This document shows, piece by piece, positions 1 through 9,375 of a stretch of 64,000 nt of DNA. Below the pieces are notes generated by a model, which worked only from the letters and a program-made list of their open reading frames with translations, was not told the DNA's origin and searched no databases. Positions within the stretch are counted from its first letter, which is position 1, and each line of letters begins with the position of its first letter. The translations under genes and the position numbers were made by a program. Origin of the DNA: a virus; the IMG/VR virus record IMGVR_UViG_3300035664_000005, positions 1 to 64,000 of that record, one strand, 5' to 3'.

Positions 1-152
1 GCATTACACAACATGCCCACACCCAAAAACCCTGCCCAAGCCAAAAAACATGCCATCAAAGCACTAGCCACAGCATCCCGATACGACCCAAACACAGGGA
101 GCCCATACCACACCCACATCCAACAAACACAACAAAAAACGGATAAACCTAA

Positions 153-467
153 ATGAAACAACAACACCACAAACCCCAAGACGATACACAAACAAACCGC
201 TGGCAAAAACACGCAGCCTGCCGAGGAAAAACAAACCTCATGTTCCCCCAACACCACAAAGACATCACCTACATCCTCACCGCAAGAGACATATGCGCAC
301 ACTGCACAGTACGACCACAATGCCTCAAAGAAGCCCTTGAATACCACCCAATAGACATGCACGGAGTATGGGCAGGCTTAACATCACGACAACTAGCCGC
401 CGAACAAAAACGCAGAGGCATCAAACCAATAAGACCATCAATCTCACAAATGTGGGATTTACAATAA
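153..467 (+). CDS. whiB: WhiB family Fe-S transcription regulator
   Basis: W..AAC-x-CxxC-x5-C pattern plus GVWAGL turn motif typical of WhiB. Confidence 0.92.
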   Translation: MKQQHHKPQDDTQTNRWQKHAACRGKTNLMFPQHHKDITYILTARDICAHCTVRPQCLKEALEYHPIDMHGVWAGLTSRQLAAEQKRRGIKPIRPSISQMWDLQ

Positions 468-473
468 ATAGAC

Positions 474-818
474 CTATCGCAAACAAACCCCACACACATC
501 ACAAAAAGTAGACCCCAAAACCTCAACAGCCTTCTTATCGCAAGACGGCAAACCACAAGGCTCTAGCCTCCGCTCACCCCGCAAATAAGCCACAACCCCA
601 GACAAAGGCTCAACAGGATCAGAAACCTCTAATAGAGCCCGACCCTCAGCATCCCGAACACCATTCACAAGCAACAAACCCACAAGTTTCTGAAACGACA
701 ACTCCTTCAACACAGCCAAATCAACCAACTGATTCTTCAACCACCCCGGCACAGGAACAGTCACATACACCGAATCCCCATCACGAGCACGCCTAGACCT
801 AAACCCCATCAACCCCAC
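474..818 (-). CDS. ribbon-helix-helix-like DNA-binding protein with C-terminal Cys (Zn) motif
   Basis: VYVTVPVPGWLKNQLVDLA..ELSFQKLV RHH-like pattern; C-x4-C...CxxC at C-terminus. Confidence 0.5.
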   Translation of the reverse strand: MGLMGFRSRRARDGDSVYVTVPVPGWLKNQLVDLAVLKELSFQKLVGLLLVNGVRDAEGRALLEVSDPVEPLSGVVAYLRGERRLEPCGLPSCDKKAVEVLGSTFCDVCGVCLR

Positions 819-984
819 CAGAATCCCTCACAACCAAAACACCCAAATACTCAGAAATAGACAAATCATAAGCATCAGCCTGATCAACCATCAAATTCTT
901 TAAGTTTGCGTCAATTTTTATGGTGAGGGTTGTTTTTGTGTTTGCTTGTGCTCGTGTTGGTGGGCGTCCGTGTCGTTTTTTCAT
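799..984 (-). CDS. ribbon-helix-helix DNA-binding protein
   Basis: TTLTIKIDANLKNLMVDQADAYDLSISEYL is an RHH/CopG-like signature; N-terminal GRPP. Confidence 0.65.
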   Translation of the reverse strand: MKKRHGRPPTRAQANTKTTLTIKIDANLKNLMVDQADAYDLSISEYLGVLVVRDSGGVDGV

Positions 985-1094
985 TTGTGTTTCTTTCCGG
1001 CTGGTGGGCGGTTGGCATTTTTTTGGGCGATGTATAGTCCGAGGAGGATGCCGTGTGGTAGTCCTATGAGGATTCCGAAGATGTATTGTTGCAT
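981..1094 (-). CDS. small membrane peptide (37 aa, not in ORF track)
   Basis: MQQYIFGILIGLPHGILLGLYIAQK...; stop overlaps the next start (ATGA). Confidence 0.45.
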   Translation of the reverse strand: MQQYIFGILIGLPHGILLGLYIAQKNANRPPAGKKHK

Positions 1095-1098
1095 TATG

Positions 1099-1527
1099 TT
1101 ATCCTAGTGTTGTATGTTGGCTGTAGGTTTGTTTGAAGTGTTCTCTGTCTGCGCCTGTGGAGAGTGAGAGTCCGACTATTCGGATTACTTGTTTAAGTTT
1201 TTCGGGGATGTGTTGATCGGGTTGTGCTGTTCCTGAGTTGACGGTGTCTCGGAGGTGGCAGTAGGTGTTCCATGCTTGTGTGGCGGTGGGTTCTGCGTCG
1301 GGTTGGGTTTGTTTCCATTCTAAATAGATTTCGCCGGGGGTTGGGAAGAAGTGTTCTGTTTTGTTTAGTTTAACTAGGATGGTTTCTAGTTCGTTTAGTG
1401 GGCAGTCTTGAAGGATGAGCCACCATGCACGGTAGGTGATTTTGCGGTCGTCGTGGTCTAATGGTTGTTCTTTGCTCCACATGGCGTGGGCTAGGTCTAC
1501 GAGGGTTCGGCATTCAGTCTTGTTCAT
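1099..1527 (-). CDS. replicative helicase loader/inhibitor-like protein (SPP1 G39P-like N-terminus)
   Basis: AW..IL.D......L......FFPTPGEI...AW pattern; coupled to upstream initiator-like gene. Confidence 0.55.
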   Translation of the reverse strand: MNKTECRTLVDLAHAMWSKEQPLDHDDRKITYRAWWLILQDCPLNELETILVKLNKTEHFFPTPGEIYLEWKQTQPDAEPTATQAWNTYCHLRDTVNSGTAQPDQHIPEKLKQVIRIVGLSLSTGADREHFKQTYSQHTTLG

Positions 1528-1933
1528 CTATCCATTCCTGTCCTGCGTCTCGTTTGTTGGATCGTTGTAGGAAGTATTCCACTTTTTCTGCGTTGCGGAA
1601 TATCAAACCTATACCGTTATATTTGACTTGTTGTTTGTTGGATCCCATATGGAAAGGTGATTTCGCGCAGGCATCTATGGCTTGTTTGCAGGCGTCTACA
1701 CCGTAGTCGTGGACAGCCCAGCCGATACTTACGACACGATCGGTGTCTAGGATCGCCTTTTTGGATTGCATTGCTTCAACCCAGTAATCCCATATTTCTT
1801 GGATTATGTCGGGATGGATTTTGGAAGCCTTGTCGCCTTGAGTCAATTTCCTTTTTCGTTTAGGTTTATCTAAGTTGTTTACGCCACCGTTCGGGTTGGG
1901 GAACAACTCTTCATTTTTTGAAGTAATCATCAA
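1514..1933 (-). CDS. phage replication initiator/replisome organiser C-terminal-like protein
   Basis: EIWDYW...R...I.....YGVDACKQAIDAC..SPFHMG.N....Y....LIFRN..KVE.F resembles phage initiator C-terminal domains. Confidence 0.5.
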   Translation of the reverse strand: MMITSKNEELFPNPNGGVNNLDKPKRKRKLTQGDKASKIHPDIIQEIWDYWVEAMQSKKAILDTDRVVSIGWAVHDYGVDACKQAIDACAKSPFHMGSNKQQVKYNGIGLIFRNAEKVEYFLQRSNKRDAGQEWIDEQD

Positions 1934-1937
1934 ACGA

Positions 1938-1966
1938 ACTCTACACCCTTTTCAGTAAAAGGTCAA
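1938..1966 (-). promoter_or_regulatory. sigma70/SigA-type promoter TTGACC-N17-TAGAGT, leaderless for 1514..1933
   Basis: Hexamers read directly at 1966-1961 and 1943-1938; start codon a few nt downstream. Confidence 0.65.
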
Positions 1967-2217
1967 GTACTTCCGGCCGGTAATAAGTAATTGGTAGCAA
2001 CGTTGCTCTTAACAAAGAGGAAAGAACCTGTATCGGTAAAAACTTTGGAGAGTGTGAGAACCTTTACCAAACCTTTTCGGACGTTCGTGCAGCCGAAACA
2101 AGATCCGCGATTTTGTCTAGTCGCAGATTAAGATTTGATTATGGATCGCGCGCGAAAGGTTGTATACGCCACCGTGCATGTTAGATGCTTATCTGCGCTT
2201 ACTATTTTATTCGTCGC

Positions 2218-2530
2218 AGTCCCGTGTAGCAGTGGTAAAAGATAGCAGACCAACAGCCCCGTCACACGCACGTTTCAAAAATAAACCACTATTAACGTCG
2301 TATTGTGTCCGACAGTCCCGCGTACCCGTGGGTAACCACAACATGTGGTGGTAACCCGCATGTTGGGGCGGGGCTATCCCGCAAAATGTGGAAGCATGCT
2401 TGCGGGGCTGATAACTGTTGTTAGGATAAAAGTTATCGGCGGGGCTCTGAAGACCCCCATCTGAAAGACTCGTCGTGGTAGTGAAGCGGGGCTACGAACT
2501 CTTCGTCGGGTTGAGTGTTGTAGCCCGCTT
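2218..2530. repeat. convergent array of AG[CT]CCCG(C) half-sites in non-coding DNA
   Basis: Forward sites 2218, 2255, 2314; reverse GCGGGGCT at 2368, 2402, 2439, 2486. Confidence 0.75.
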
Positions 2531-2647
2531 CCTACTTCAACCTAAACCAATTTGAGTTCAGGTTTTTTGTAGGTTGGGTGGTCACGCATGGATCGCGTGA
2601 GGTCGTTGTTTCCGCCACCGTTCAGTTTGTGGAACTTCGGTTTCTTT

Positions 2648-2995
2648 TTAGAACGGTTCTTCTTCGTCGCCATCGTCGTCTCCTAGATCGTCAAGTTTCT
2701 GTTGCCATTCCAATAAGATGCTGAACGCTTCTGATCGTCGCAAGATTGCTTTATCGGTCATGATCGGCCAGTCTTTGATTGGTGTTGCGAACCCTTCAAA
2801 GTATTCTTGCATTCCTTCTTCTGTTCCACAGTCGGAACATACTTCAATAGGTTTATGTGCGTCTTGTCCTCGTGTGAGTCGCGAGATCGCACCCATGTAT
2901 TGTTTGTGATGCGCGTTTGATGGGATTAGTCCTTCGCATCGCGGGCAGATGCCCATGTCAATTTGTTTGCCGTGGATTTTGTTCCAAGGTTTCAT
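2648..2995 (-). CDS. hypothetical protein with CxxC...CxxC Zn ribbon
   Basis: CPRC and CSDC motifs; operonic with upstream genes. Confidence 0.65.
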   Translation of the reverse strand: MKPWNKIHGKQIDMGICPRCEGLIPSNAHHKQYMGAISRLTRGQDAHKPIEVCSDCGTEEGMQEYFEGFATPIKDWPIMTDKAILRRSEAFSILLEWQQKLDDLGDDDGDEEEPF

Positions 2996-3156
2996 TTCCT
3001 ACTCCTTGTTTCTTGTTGGTTTAGTTTTATAGGTTCGTGTGGGGAGTTGTTGCCATCCCACCCGCATTGTTCTGCAAACCATTGGTCTTGCCATATGACT
3101 TGCTTGTTATATCTTACATCGGTTATTGCCCATCCACAATATTTGCAGGTTCTCAT
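2992..3156 (-). CDS. small hypothetical protein (MRTCKYCG...)
   Basis: Start reassigned to ATG at 3156; ATGA overlap with downstream gene. Confidence 0.5.
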   Translation of the reverse strand: MRTCKYCGWAITDVRYNKQVIWQDQWFAEQCGWDGNNSPHEPIKLNQQETRSRK

Positions 3157-3173
3157 TTTATATCCGCCACCGT

Positions 3174-3392
3174 TCAGTTTGGAATAGGGGTTTGTTCGTA
3201 AACCATGTATTCCCCGTCGTTGTTGATCGCGATGCCTGTGACCCAACTGTTGCGATGTTCTGATCCCGTCGGACTGTATGGATCGTCGCCTATTATGATG
3301 CGCGTTTTGTATACCGCGTTAGACATCGCTTCAATACTGTCTTCTGCTTCAACATCTGTTGTCACCATTGTTGTTACGCGATACTTTGCCAT
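3174..3392 (-). CDS. hypothetical protein (MAKYRVTT...)
   Basis: TAATG coupling with 3392..3715; start reassigned to 3392. Confidence 0.6.
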   Translation of the reverse strand: MAKYRVTTMVTTDVEAEDSIEAMSNAVYKTRIIIGDDPYSPTGSEHRNSWVTGIAINNDGEYMVYEQTPIPN

Positions 3393-3715
3393 TACCTGTT
3401 GTCCTCCATATATTTGTTCACTGCTTTCAAACCGACATTCAGGATCATAGTTATTGGAAGAAACGCTGACGCTTGCGCGCCGTAAGTTTCTCCGTTCTTC
3501 TCTACTGACTCTGCGATCATCCGTTCTATGAGTTCGCTGTTGAATGCGACGCAAACATCTTTATCGCCGATCCCATACACCAACGGTTCCAACTCGTCTT
3601 TCACTGTGAACACCTCAGGAGGTGCGGTCAGGAATGTGACCTTAGTTCCGTCTTCATGTTCCATACGGATCATTACATCGTCGTTGTCTTCTTCTAAAAA
3701 GTCTTCAAAGTCCAT
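3392..3715 (-). CDS. hypothetical acidic protein
   Basis: ORF track; operonic coupling. Confidence 0.65.
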   Translation of the reverse strand: MDFEDFLEEDNDDVMIRMEHEDGTKVTFLTAPPEVFTVKDELEPLVYGIGDKDVCVAFNSELIERMIAESVEKNGETYGAQASAFLPITMILNVGLKAVNKYMEDNR

Positions 3716-3774
3716 GTCTTATTCTTTCTGATGACATATACGCCACCGTTCAATTTGGATAAAGCCACTTCTGT

Positions 3775-4296
3775 TTAGAAGTGGTAGTCCACGATCACGA
3801 TCCACTGTTCTTCAGGGTTGGTCGCGCATCTGTCTTGTAGATATTTCGGGTTGGGTGTGTATTCTTGTGAGTCGTAGAAGTGTATGTCTGCGCCGTATTC
3901 GCTGTTCTTGACACGCAACGCTTGTCCGACTCTGAACACCGCGAGGGAGTTCTCTAACTGAGTGTCTCTCTCGTTTTGTGTGAGGTCGTTGTTTGACGAG
4001 AACCCGCCGAAGTCGTATTTGGGGTTGGTCAAGAGTTCCTTGAGTGTGATGTCCCCATACTTGCGGACTGTTTGGTCAATCGTTTCTTGTGTCCACCCCA
4101 ACGCTTCTTCAACAAGTTCGTTGAACTTTTCAGGGTTCGCTTTGTAGTTTGTTGCGACAGATACGCCGTCAAGACGATCGTTGTCGGGTAGTGAATGCCA
4201 ATCTGACCATGCTTGATTTTCTGCGAACTGTAGTGCTCTACCTTTTGCGTCCTCTTCGTCCATTGCTTCTACTGCTATTCGGTGATATGTATGCAT
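3775..4296 (-). CDS. hypothetical phage protein (C-terminal WIVIVDYHF)
   Basis: AAGGAGA RBS upstream; C-terminal vvDyH motif recurrent in phage early genes. Confidence 0.75.
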   Translation of the reverse strand: MHTYHRIAVEAMDEEDAKGRALQFAENQAWSDWHSLPDNDRLDGVSVATNYKANPEKFNELVEEALGWTQETIDQTVRKYGDITLKELLTNPKYDFGGFSSNNDLTQNERDTQLENSLAVFRVGQALRVKNSEYGADIHFYDSQEYTPNPKYLQDRCATNPEEQWIVIVDYHF

Positions 4297-4306
4297 TTTG
4301 TTCTCC

Positions 4307-4525
4307 TTAGAATTGTCGTGAGTTCACAGGGTTGCCCTGATTGAATGTGAGTGCTGAATAACCATCTTCTGATGGAATGTGGAAACCGTCTATGTTGTAA
4401 TACCAACCGTCTAGGTCTCCGATAACGATTTGTGTGTTTGCATCAAGACCTTCTAACACTCGGATTAGTTGTCCGACTGTGAGAATGCCTCCTGATGTTT
4501 GGGTGTATTCGTAGATGTCTTGCAT
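4307..4525 (-). CDS. hypothetical protein (LTVGQLIRVLE.LD motif)
   Basis: Common small phage protein N-terminal motif; TAATG coupling. Confidence 0.7.
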   Translation of the reverse strand: MQDIYEYTQTSGGILTVGQLIRVLEGLDANTQIVIGDLDGWYYNIDGFHIPSEDGYSALTFNQGNPVNSRQF

Positions 4526-4959
4526 TAGATGTTTCTCCCCATGATGTCGCTTGCGTAGTTACGGATACCTGATACGAGTTCCTCGCTGTAAACATTCCAC
4601 AAGTAATCGGACGAGAGGATGTATTGACCCAACTCGTTTAGTTGATCGTCTGTGAGTTCTTTTGCGAACTTGTATTCGTCGCTTGCGTAACCGCTATCTA
4701 AACGATCGGTGATTTCTTCGCGCAACGCTTTCACACTGAATGCGATTGAGTTCGCATAGGTGAGATCGTTGTCGGTGTATCGGTCTAGATCAACACCGTA
4801 TTTCTCGCCGATCTCACACGCTGTTCCGTCGTTCCCACCGTCGTTCCACTCCTGTAGAAGTGCCTTACCTGCTTCGTCTAGTTTTTCTGTATCCACGATC
4901 ACTGTGCCTGCGAGATCACAGACCGTGCCGTCGTGGATGTTGATTAGGAACTTGCCCAT
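4525..4959 (-). CDS. hypothetical protein
   Basis: Start reassigned to ATG 4959 after GGAG RBS; TTGCAA-N17-TATAAT promoter at ~5019-4991. Confidence 0.7.
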   Translation of the reverse strand: MGKFLINIHDGTVCDLAGTVIVDTEKLDEAGKALLQEWNDGGNDGTACEIGEKYGVDLDRYTDNDLTYANSIAFSVKALREEITDRLDSGYASDEYKFAKELTDDQLNELGQYILSSDYLWNVYSEELVSGIRNYASDIMGRNI

Positions 4960-5037
4960 TTTTGTTACTCCATTTCTAGTAGGTGTATTTATTATATCGG
5001 CTACAAAAACATTTTGCAACCTGAGGCGGTTGGGTTG

Positions 5038-5391
5038 TTACACCCGAACCGCCCTACTAAGGATTTCTGCCTCAATCTCTTTTACAGGACGAGGACTCCA
5101 ATGACAGTCGCGTTCCACCGCAGGGACACCGCCGAAGACGGTCACTGCTTCTAGTTCGCTGTATGAGAAGTATCCATATTCCATCTCAAACCCGTCCACA
5201 AGACCCCAAAAGGTATCTTCGCCGTCAAACTCAATCGCATACCAAGTCCATTGGGAATACGGTGAGAAGAACTTTACTTGCGCGATCGCTTCCATTTCGG
5301 GATGCTTCTCGCTGTTGTATAGGGGTTTCAGTGTTCCCTTGATTTCTTGTGTCAAGAGTAGGTGTCTGCGTTTTGCTCTTTGTGTTTCCAT
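5038..5391 (-). CDS. DUF2958-like protein
   Basis: VKFFSP...WTWY..E.D....FWGLVDG.E.EYGYFS..EL......VERD signature; GAGGAG RBS before ATG 5391. Confidence 0.8.
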   Translation of the reverse strand: METQRAKRRHLLLTQEIKGTLKPLYNSEKHPEMEAIAQVKFFSPYSQWTWYAIEFDGEDTFWGLVDGFEMEYGYFSYSELEAVTVFGGVPAVERDCHWSPRPVKEIEAEILSRAVRV

Positions 5392-5510
5392 TATTTTTGC
5401 TCCTCGCAATCGTGACCGTAGAACCATTCGTTCGCGTCGTCTTCTTCCATGAGGTTGAAAACTCTGTCGCATTCCACGCATTTTGCTTTTGTGTGACTAA
5501 CGATCGTCAT
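5391..5510 (-). CDS. small Zn-binding peptide (39 aa, not in ORF track)
   Basis: MTIVSHTKAKCVECDRVFNLMEEDDANEWFYGHDCEEQK; TAATG coupling on both sides. Confidence 0.6.
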   Translation of the reverse strand: MTIVSHTKAKCVECDRVFNLMEEDDANEWFYGHDCEEQK

Positions 5511-5848
5511 TATTTCGCTCCTTCAATCATGTCGGTATTGGTTTCAACGATCGTCGCCCAAGTGGTCGCCCACTCATTGACATCTTTCAACCCAATGATT
5601 TCGCCTTCAGGTTCACGCTCAAGAACATGAAGAAGAGTCGCCATGCGTGCTGTCGCTGTAGAGAGAAGATCAAACTCTTCTTCCCAACCGTTCGCCACAT
5701 AGTCGCCCCAAATTAGAACGAACTTGTTGAACATGATGCTTTCAGGTTCGGTTTCAATCAAATAGATTTCTGCCGAGTCTGCGTGCAACTCAAACAACAT
5801 ATTTGAGTTTGGATACTTTCTGCTTATTTCGTTTTTTATGACTGACAT
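5510..5848 (-). CDS. hypothetical protein
   Basis: AAGGAGA RBS and upstream promoter 5907-5928. Confidence 0.75.
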   Translation of the reverse strand: MSVIKNEISRKYPNSNMLFELHADSAEIYLIETEPESIMFNKFVLIWGDYVANGWEEEFDLLSTATARMATLLHVLEREPEGEIIGLKDVNEWATTWATIVETNTDMIEGAK

Positions 5849-5935
5849 ATTTTCTCCTTAGTAGTTTGTTTAGTATGGATATTCGGACTGTTTGCCCTTA
5901 CCCCAAATAATAGGGTAAGGGTGTAACACGGTTGT

Positions 5936-6565
5936 TTAGACGCTTACTCCCAACGCTTCTTTGCATTGACTTTCAATCGCTTGGATGACTTGCAAGACTT
6001 GTTCGTAGAACTCGTCATACTCTTCGTTCTCTGACTGCTCTTCAGTCATTGAAGGGTATTCGCCTTCAATGTCTGCCATGATCTCGCCGTTACGGAATGC
6101 GTAACCACCACAGAACGCCATACCACCCTCGTCGTATGACAGAACAAAGTCAAGTGTCGGGAACTGCTTGGACACATTACAGATACCCTGACCGATCGGA
6201 GACCATGCTGACATGAAAGTCAAGTTGATTTCGTTATCGGTAATTGCACCGAACACACCATCAAAGTCTGACCATTTAGAACCGTAGTTCTTGCAATTCC
6301 ATTCATACCAATCAGGTGAACCAAACTTTTCAATGTTCGCTTTCTGCATTGCTTCCATTTGGATTTGCTTTTCTGAACCTTCGCCGAAAGAACCTTTTGG
6401 TGTTTCACGAAGTTCGGTCGGTGTTGGTAACAGGTTGTCAAGAATGCTGAATTGGTTGTAGTTCTCTCGTTCGCCATCTTCGTTCTTGATGATCGCTTCA
6501 TGGAAACGCTTGATTTCTTTTGCGTCGCCTGTAACGGTCAGATGGTTAGTGCAATAATTTGGCAT
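5936..6565 (-). CDS. DUF1281/YubB ferredoxin-like domain protein
   Basis: MPNYCTN.L.V.G ... DWYEWN..NYGSKW ... F.SAWSP ... Y.E.GM.F.G signature. Confidence 0.8.
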   Translation of the reverse strand: MPNYCTNHLTVTGDAKEIKRFHEAIIKNEDGERENYNQFSILDNLLPTPTELRETPKGSFGEGSEKQIQMEAMQKANIEKFGSPDWYEWNCKNYGSKWSDFDGVFGAITDNEINLTFMSAWSPIGQGICNVSKQFPTLDFVLSYDEGGMAFCGGYAFRNGEIMADIEGEYPSMTEEQSENEEYDEFYEQVLQVIQAIESQCKEALGVSV

Positions 6566-6938
6566 TTCTATTTCTCCTCGTCTAGTAGTTGATATGTTTA
6601 TTTGCTTACCCTCACAATATATCTGAGGGGTGTTGCAGAGTTATTTTTAGTAGGTGCTTATTTATTACTAGTATCATTATATACACACCACAAAACAAAT
6701 TGCAACTATCTTCCCAAAAACTTTTACGCGAGATCGTTGATCCAACCCGAAGATCGCGTTTAGGTTTATATACGCCACCGTTCAGGTTAGATAACAATCA
6801 ACTGATGCTAACTAACAACCGTTGCAAACTAGACAGCCCCGCGTATCCGTAGCACCCCGTGCTACAGCCCCGCCCCCTCGCGCGCACGCGCGGGACTGTT
6901 GCAAGCGAACAACTGTTCGCGGGACTACTATCTGCGTT

Positions 6939-7319
6939 ATGACAATTTCACGCACAGACAGATGGCAATACAGGTTCGGGGCTCTAAAACAGTATGCAGA
7001 TCGGACAGGAACTTCGCTTGTCCCTGCAACACAGGTTGAGGTTTATCAGGGGAAGAATGTCGCGGTTGGTGCATGGGTCGCCTACAACCGTCAGCAATAT
7101 CGTCTCAAGGAACTATCAGTCGCGCGACAAGAACAACTTGAAACGCTCGTGGGGTGGCATTGGGACAAACAAAAACCTGGCAGACGCTACGACAAGAAGC
7201 GAGACACAGATATTGCTCGGCGTTATAAAGACGGTGAGCGTGTAGGTGTTATCGCAGATAGTTACAATTTGTCGCGACAACGAGTTCATCAGATCTTGAA
7301 GCAGTTACAAAATGTCTAA
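6939..7319 (+). CDS. helicase-associated (HA) domain + C-terminal HTH protein
   Basis: W..RF.ALK.Y....G...VP.......VGAWV..NRQ......LS..R..QLE.L.GW.WD; C-terminal IADSYNLSRQRVHQI HTH; TACTAT-N7-ATG leaderless start. Confidence 0.75.
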   Translation: MTISRTDRWQYRFGALKQYADRTGTSLVPATQVEVYQGKNVAVGAWVAYNRQQYRLKELSVARQEQLETLVGWHWDKQKPGRRYDKKRDTDIARRYKDGERVGVIADSYNLSRQRVHQILKQLQNV

Positions 7320-7662
7320 TCCCGAGTTTGGTCACGATCACAACAAGCGTGACGCATGGAAGAAGATGAGCGAGTGGTCGCATAGTCTTTCCGATGAAGA
7401 CTTGAATGAATTGTTTAGAGAAGATGAAGATGATTTCTACGATTACGAATTGGAGCGAGAAACAGTGAGCAAACAATTAAGTAAGTTTATTGTTGGGTTG
7501 TTCGGTGCATCGCTCGGTATCGGTGGTATGTCGTTCGTTGTTTATCGTGTCGCGCTCGCGTTGGGTGTGGATACTTTGTCGTTTGGTGAAGCGGTGATCG
7601 TGACCGCAGGTGTTGCTTTCATCCGTTACGCGGACGCAGGAGTAATGAAACAGTTCCGATAA
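7312..7662 (+). CDS. membrane protein
   Basis: Acidic N-terminus and two hydrophobic segments; overlaps upstream stop. Confidence 0.65.
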   Translation: MSNPEFGHDHNKRDAWKKMSEWSHSLSDEDLNELFREDEDDFYDYELERETVSKQLSKFIVGLFGASLGIGGMSFVVYRVALALGVDTLSFGEAVIVTAGVAFIRYADAGVMKQFR

Positions 7663-7793
7663 ACACAGCAGGACGCACCCTTGCGAGTGCGCCCTCTGCG
7701 GAGAAGCCGAAAGGTGAAAGGAGAAGTCCTTTCGTTTCCTCTAGCAATACAGAATAACATATAACCAATATGTTATTCCGAAGCGATTAGGTT

Positions 7794-9284
7794 TTACCCT
7801 AATCGTTTCCCGTTTAATTTTTGATATGTTTCGTTCCAACATCTTGGATACCACTTGGTCGGTTTCTTGCCGACCTTGAGTTGGTTCAAGACCGCGAGAC
7901 CTTGTTCAACATTGAGTGCCATAAACACTTTGTGCTTCAAGACTTCTTTAATGCAATCCTGCGCCAAGATGTCGTGATACCCACCATATTGTCCGTTGTT
8001 GCCAAGACCGTGAACATGACCGTCAGTAATCCAAACGATCGGAGTGGACGCTCGCTTGCGTTGCTTGATCGCCCAACGAATTGCTTCGCCGTCTACGCCG
8101 TTACCGCCGTTGCGTTCAGGAAGTTTGTCTACCATTTTTCCGTTTTGCGCAATGATAAGAAGGTTTGGTTTGACATTGTTTCTGTCTGCTGAATAAACCG
8201 CAACCGTGCAACCTGCTGACGCTTCTGTGATGTCAAGAATATCTTTGTGAGAGAATGACATTGAACCTGAACCGTCAATCAAGACGATACCGCCGTTGCC
8301 TTTCTTGTATCGGTCAAACACTCGCTTCTCGGGGTCTGCTAATGCATTGCCAATTCTGCGAGGGTTGCGACCCATGTTGCACGCTGTTCGCTTGCGACCG
8401 AGACCGCCATGCGCTTTACGAGTAAGTGGAAGTGTGCCGATGATTAGATTGCCCCAACTCGGAACAACACCGCTACCTTTGTCTGCGTCCGTTGGACGAA
8501 CTTTCTTTGGATCTGCTTTCGCAGGTTGATCGGTTGCGCCGTTACCTTTTGCACCGTCTTTCTTTTCTTTTTTAGGTTCTCCTTCACCGTCTTTGGTTTC
8601 ACCCTTTTCGGTGTCACCCTTTTCGGTTTCGTCCTCGTCCTCTTGCGGTGGGTTTGCCAAACGATCTACCCACTCTGCAATGCGCTCTGTGTGCGCAAAA
8701 CCAAACGGTGCTAAACCGTGTCGTGGGTCTACTTCAGTAGAACCGAGTGTGCCTGTCTTGAACGCCTTGACAAACTCTTTTTCAACTGCCTTGATGATCT
8801 CGCGCAATGTTTTCGCCCATGCAGGGTTCACACGCCTTACGCCTGTGATGAAGTCTTTACCACCACCACAGATTGAATACCCAACCGCAATATAAACCGC
8901 TTGAGTCCAATCCGCTTGTTCTGCAATGCGAACGCCTGACGCTTTCTCACTTCCGTCTGCGAGAAGATCAACATCAAATCCTGCTTTCTTGATCAGGAAA
9001 TTAACGCGAACTTCTTCAACGACTGTGAGTGCGCTTTCAGTTGCGATACCACGCGCTATCCACTTTGGGAAATCTTCCGCAGGTGAGAACCTCGCGTGTG
9101 CCATTTCGTGCGCACGGATAACTCGGTCAATCTGCTCGTCACCGACAGGGACGACCATGTGTTTCGTTACGACATTGGTCATCGGTTTGCCACGAACAGG
9201 TGCGCAAGTATCTACACGCCACTCGCCTGCGTCTTTATCTTTACGCCCCAACATCTCGGGGAGTGGTCTAATTTCTGTTTTCAT
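7794..9284 (-). CDS. VWA (MIDAS) domain protein with N-terminal HExxH metallopeptidase-like domain, CobT-like
   Basis: HEMAH; charged linker; IDGSGSM MIDAS; GGNG and ITDG motifs. Confidence 0.8.
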   Translation of the reverse strand: MKTEIRPLPEMLGRKDKDAGEWRVDTCAPVRGKPMTNVVTKHMVVPVGDEQIDRVIRAHEMAHARFSPAEDFPKWIARGIATESALTVVEEVRVNFLIKKAGFDVDLLADGSEKASGVRIAEQADWTQAVYIAVGYSICGGGKDFITGVRRVNPAWAKTLREIIKAVEKEFVKAFKTGTLGSTEVDPRHGLAPFGFAHTERIAEWVDRLANPPQEDEDETEKGDTEKGETKDGEGEPKKEKKDGAKGNGATDQPAKADPKKVRPTDADKGSGVVPSWGNLIIGTLPLTRKAHGGLGRKRTACNMGRNPRRIGNALADPEKRVFDRYKKGNGGIVLIDGSGSMSFSHKDILDITEASAGCTVAVYSADRNNVKPNLLIIAQNGKMVDKLPERNGGNGVDGEAIRWAIKQRKRASTPIVWITDGHVHGLGNNGQYGGYHDILAQDCIKEVLKHKVFMALNVEQGLAVLNQLKVGKKPTKWYPRCWNETYQKLNGKRLG

Positions 9285-9375
9285 TTTGTTTTTCCTTTTG
9301 TCTAGTTGGTTTATATCTCTTGCTTATGGAGACTTGATTACACCCCCACCTTACGGCAGGGGTGTAACACGGTTG

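Noticed and set aside
5036-5045. TGTTACACCC on the + strand as a 13th promoter (also a partial match at 12244)
   Set aside because: No TANNNT at the fixed distance; it overlaps the stop codon of a minus-strand gene.
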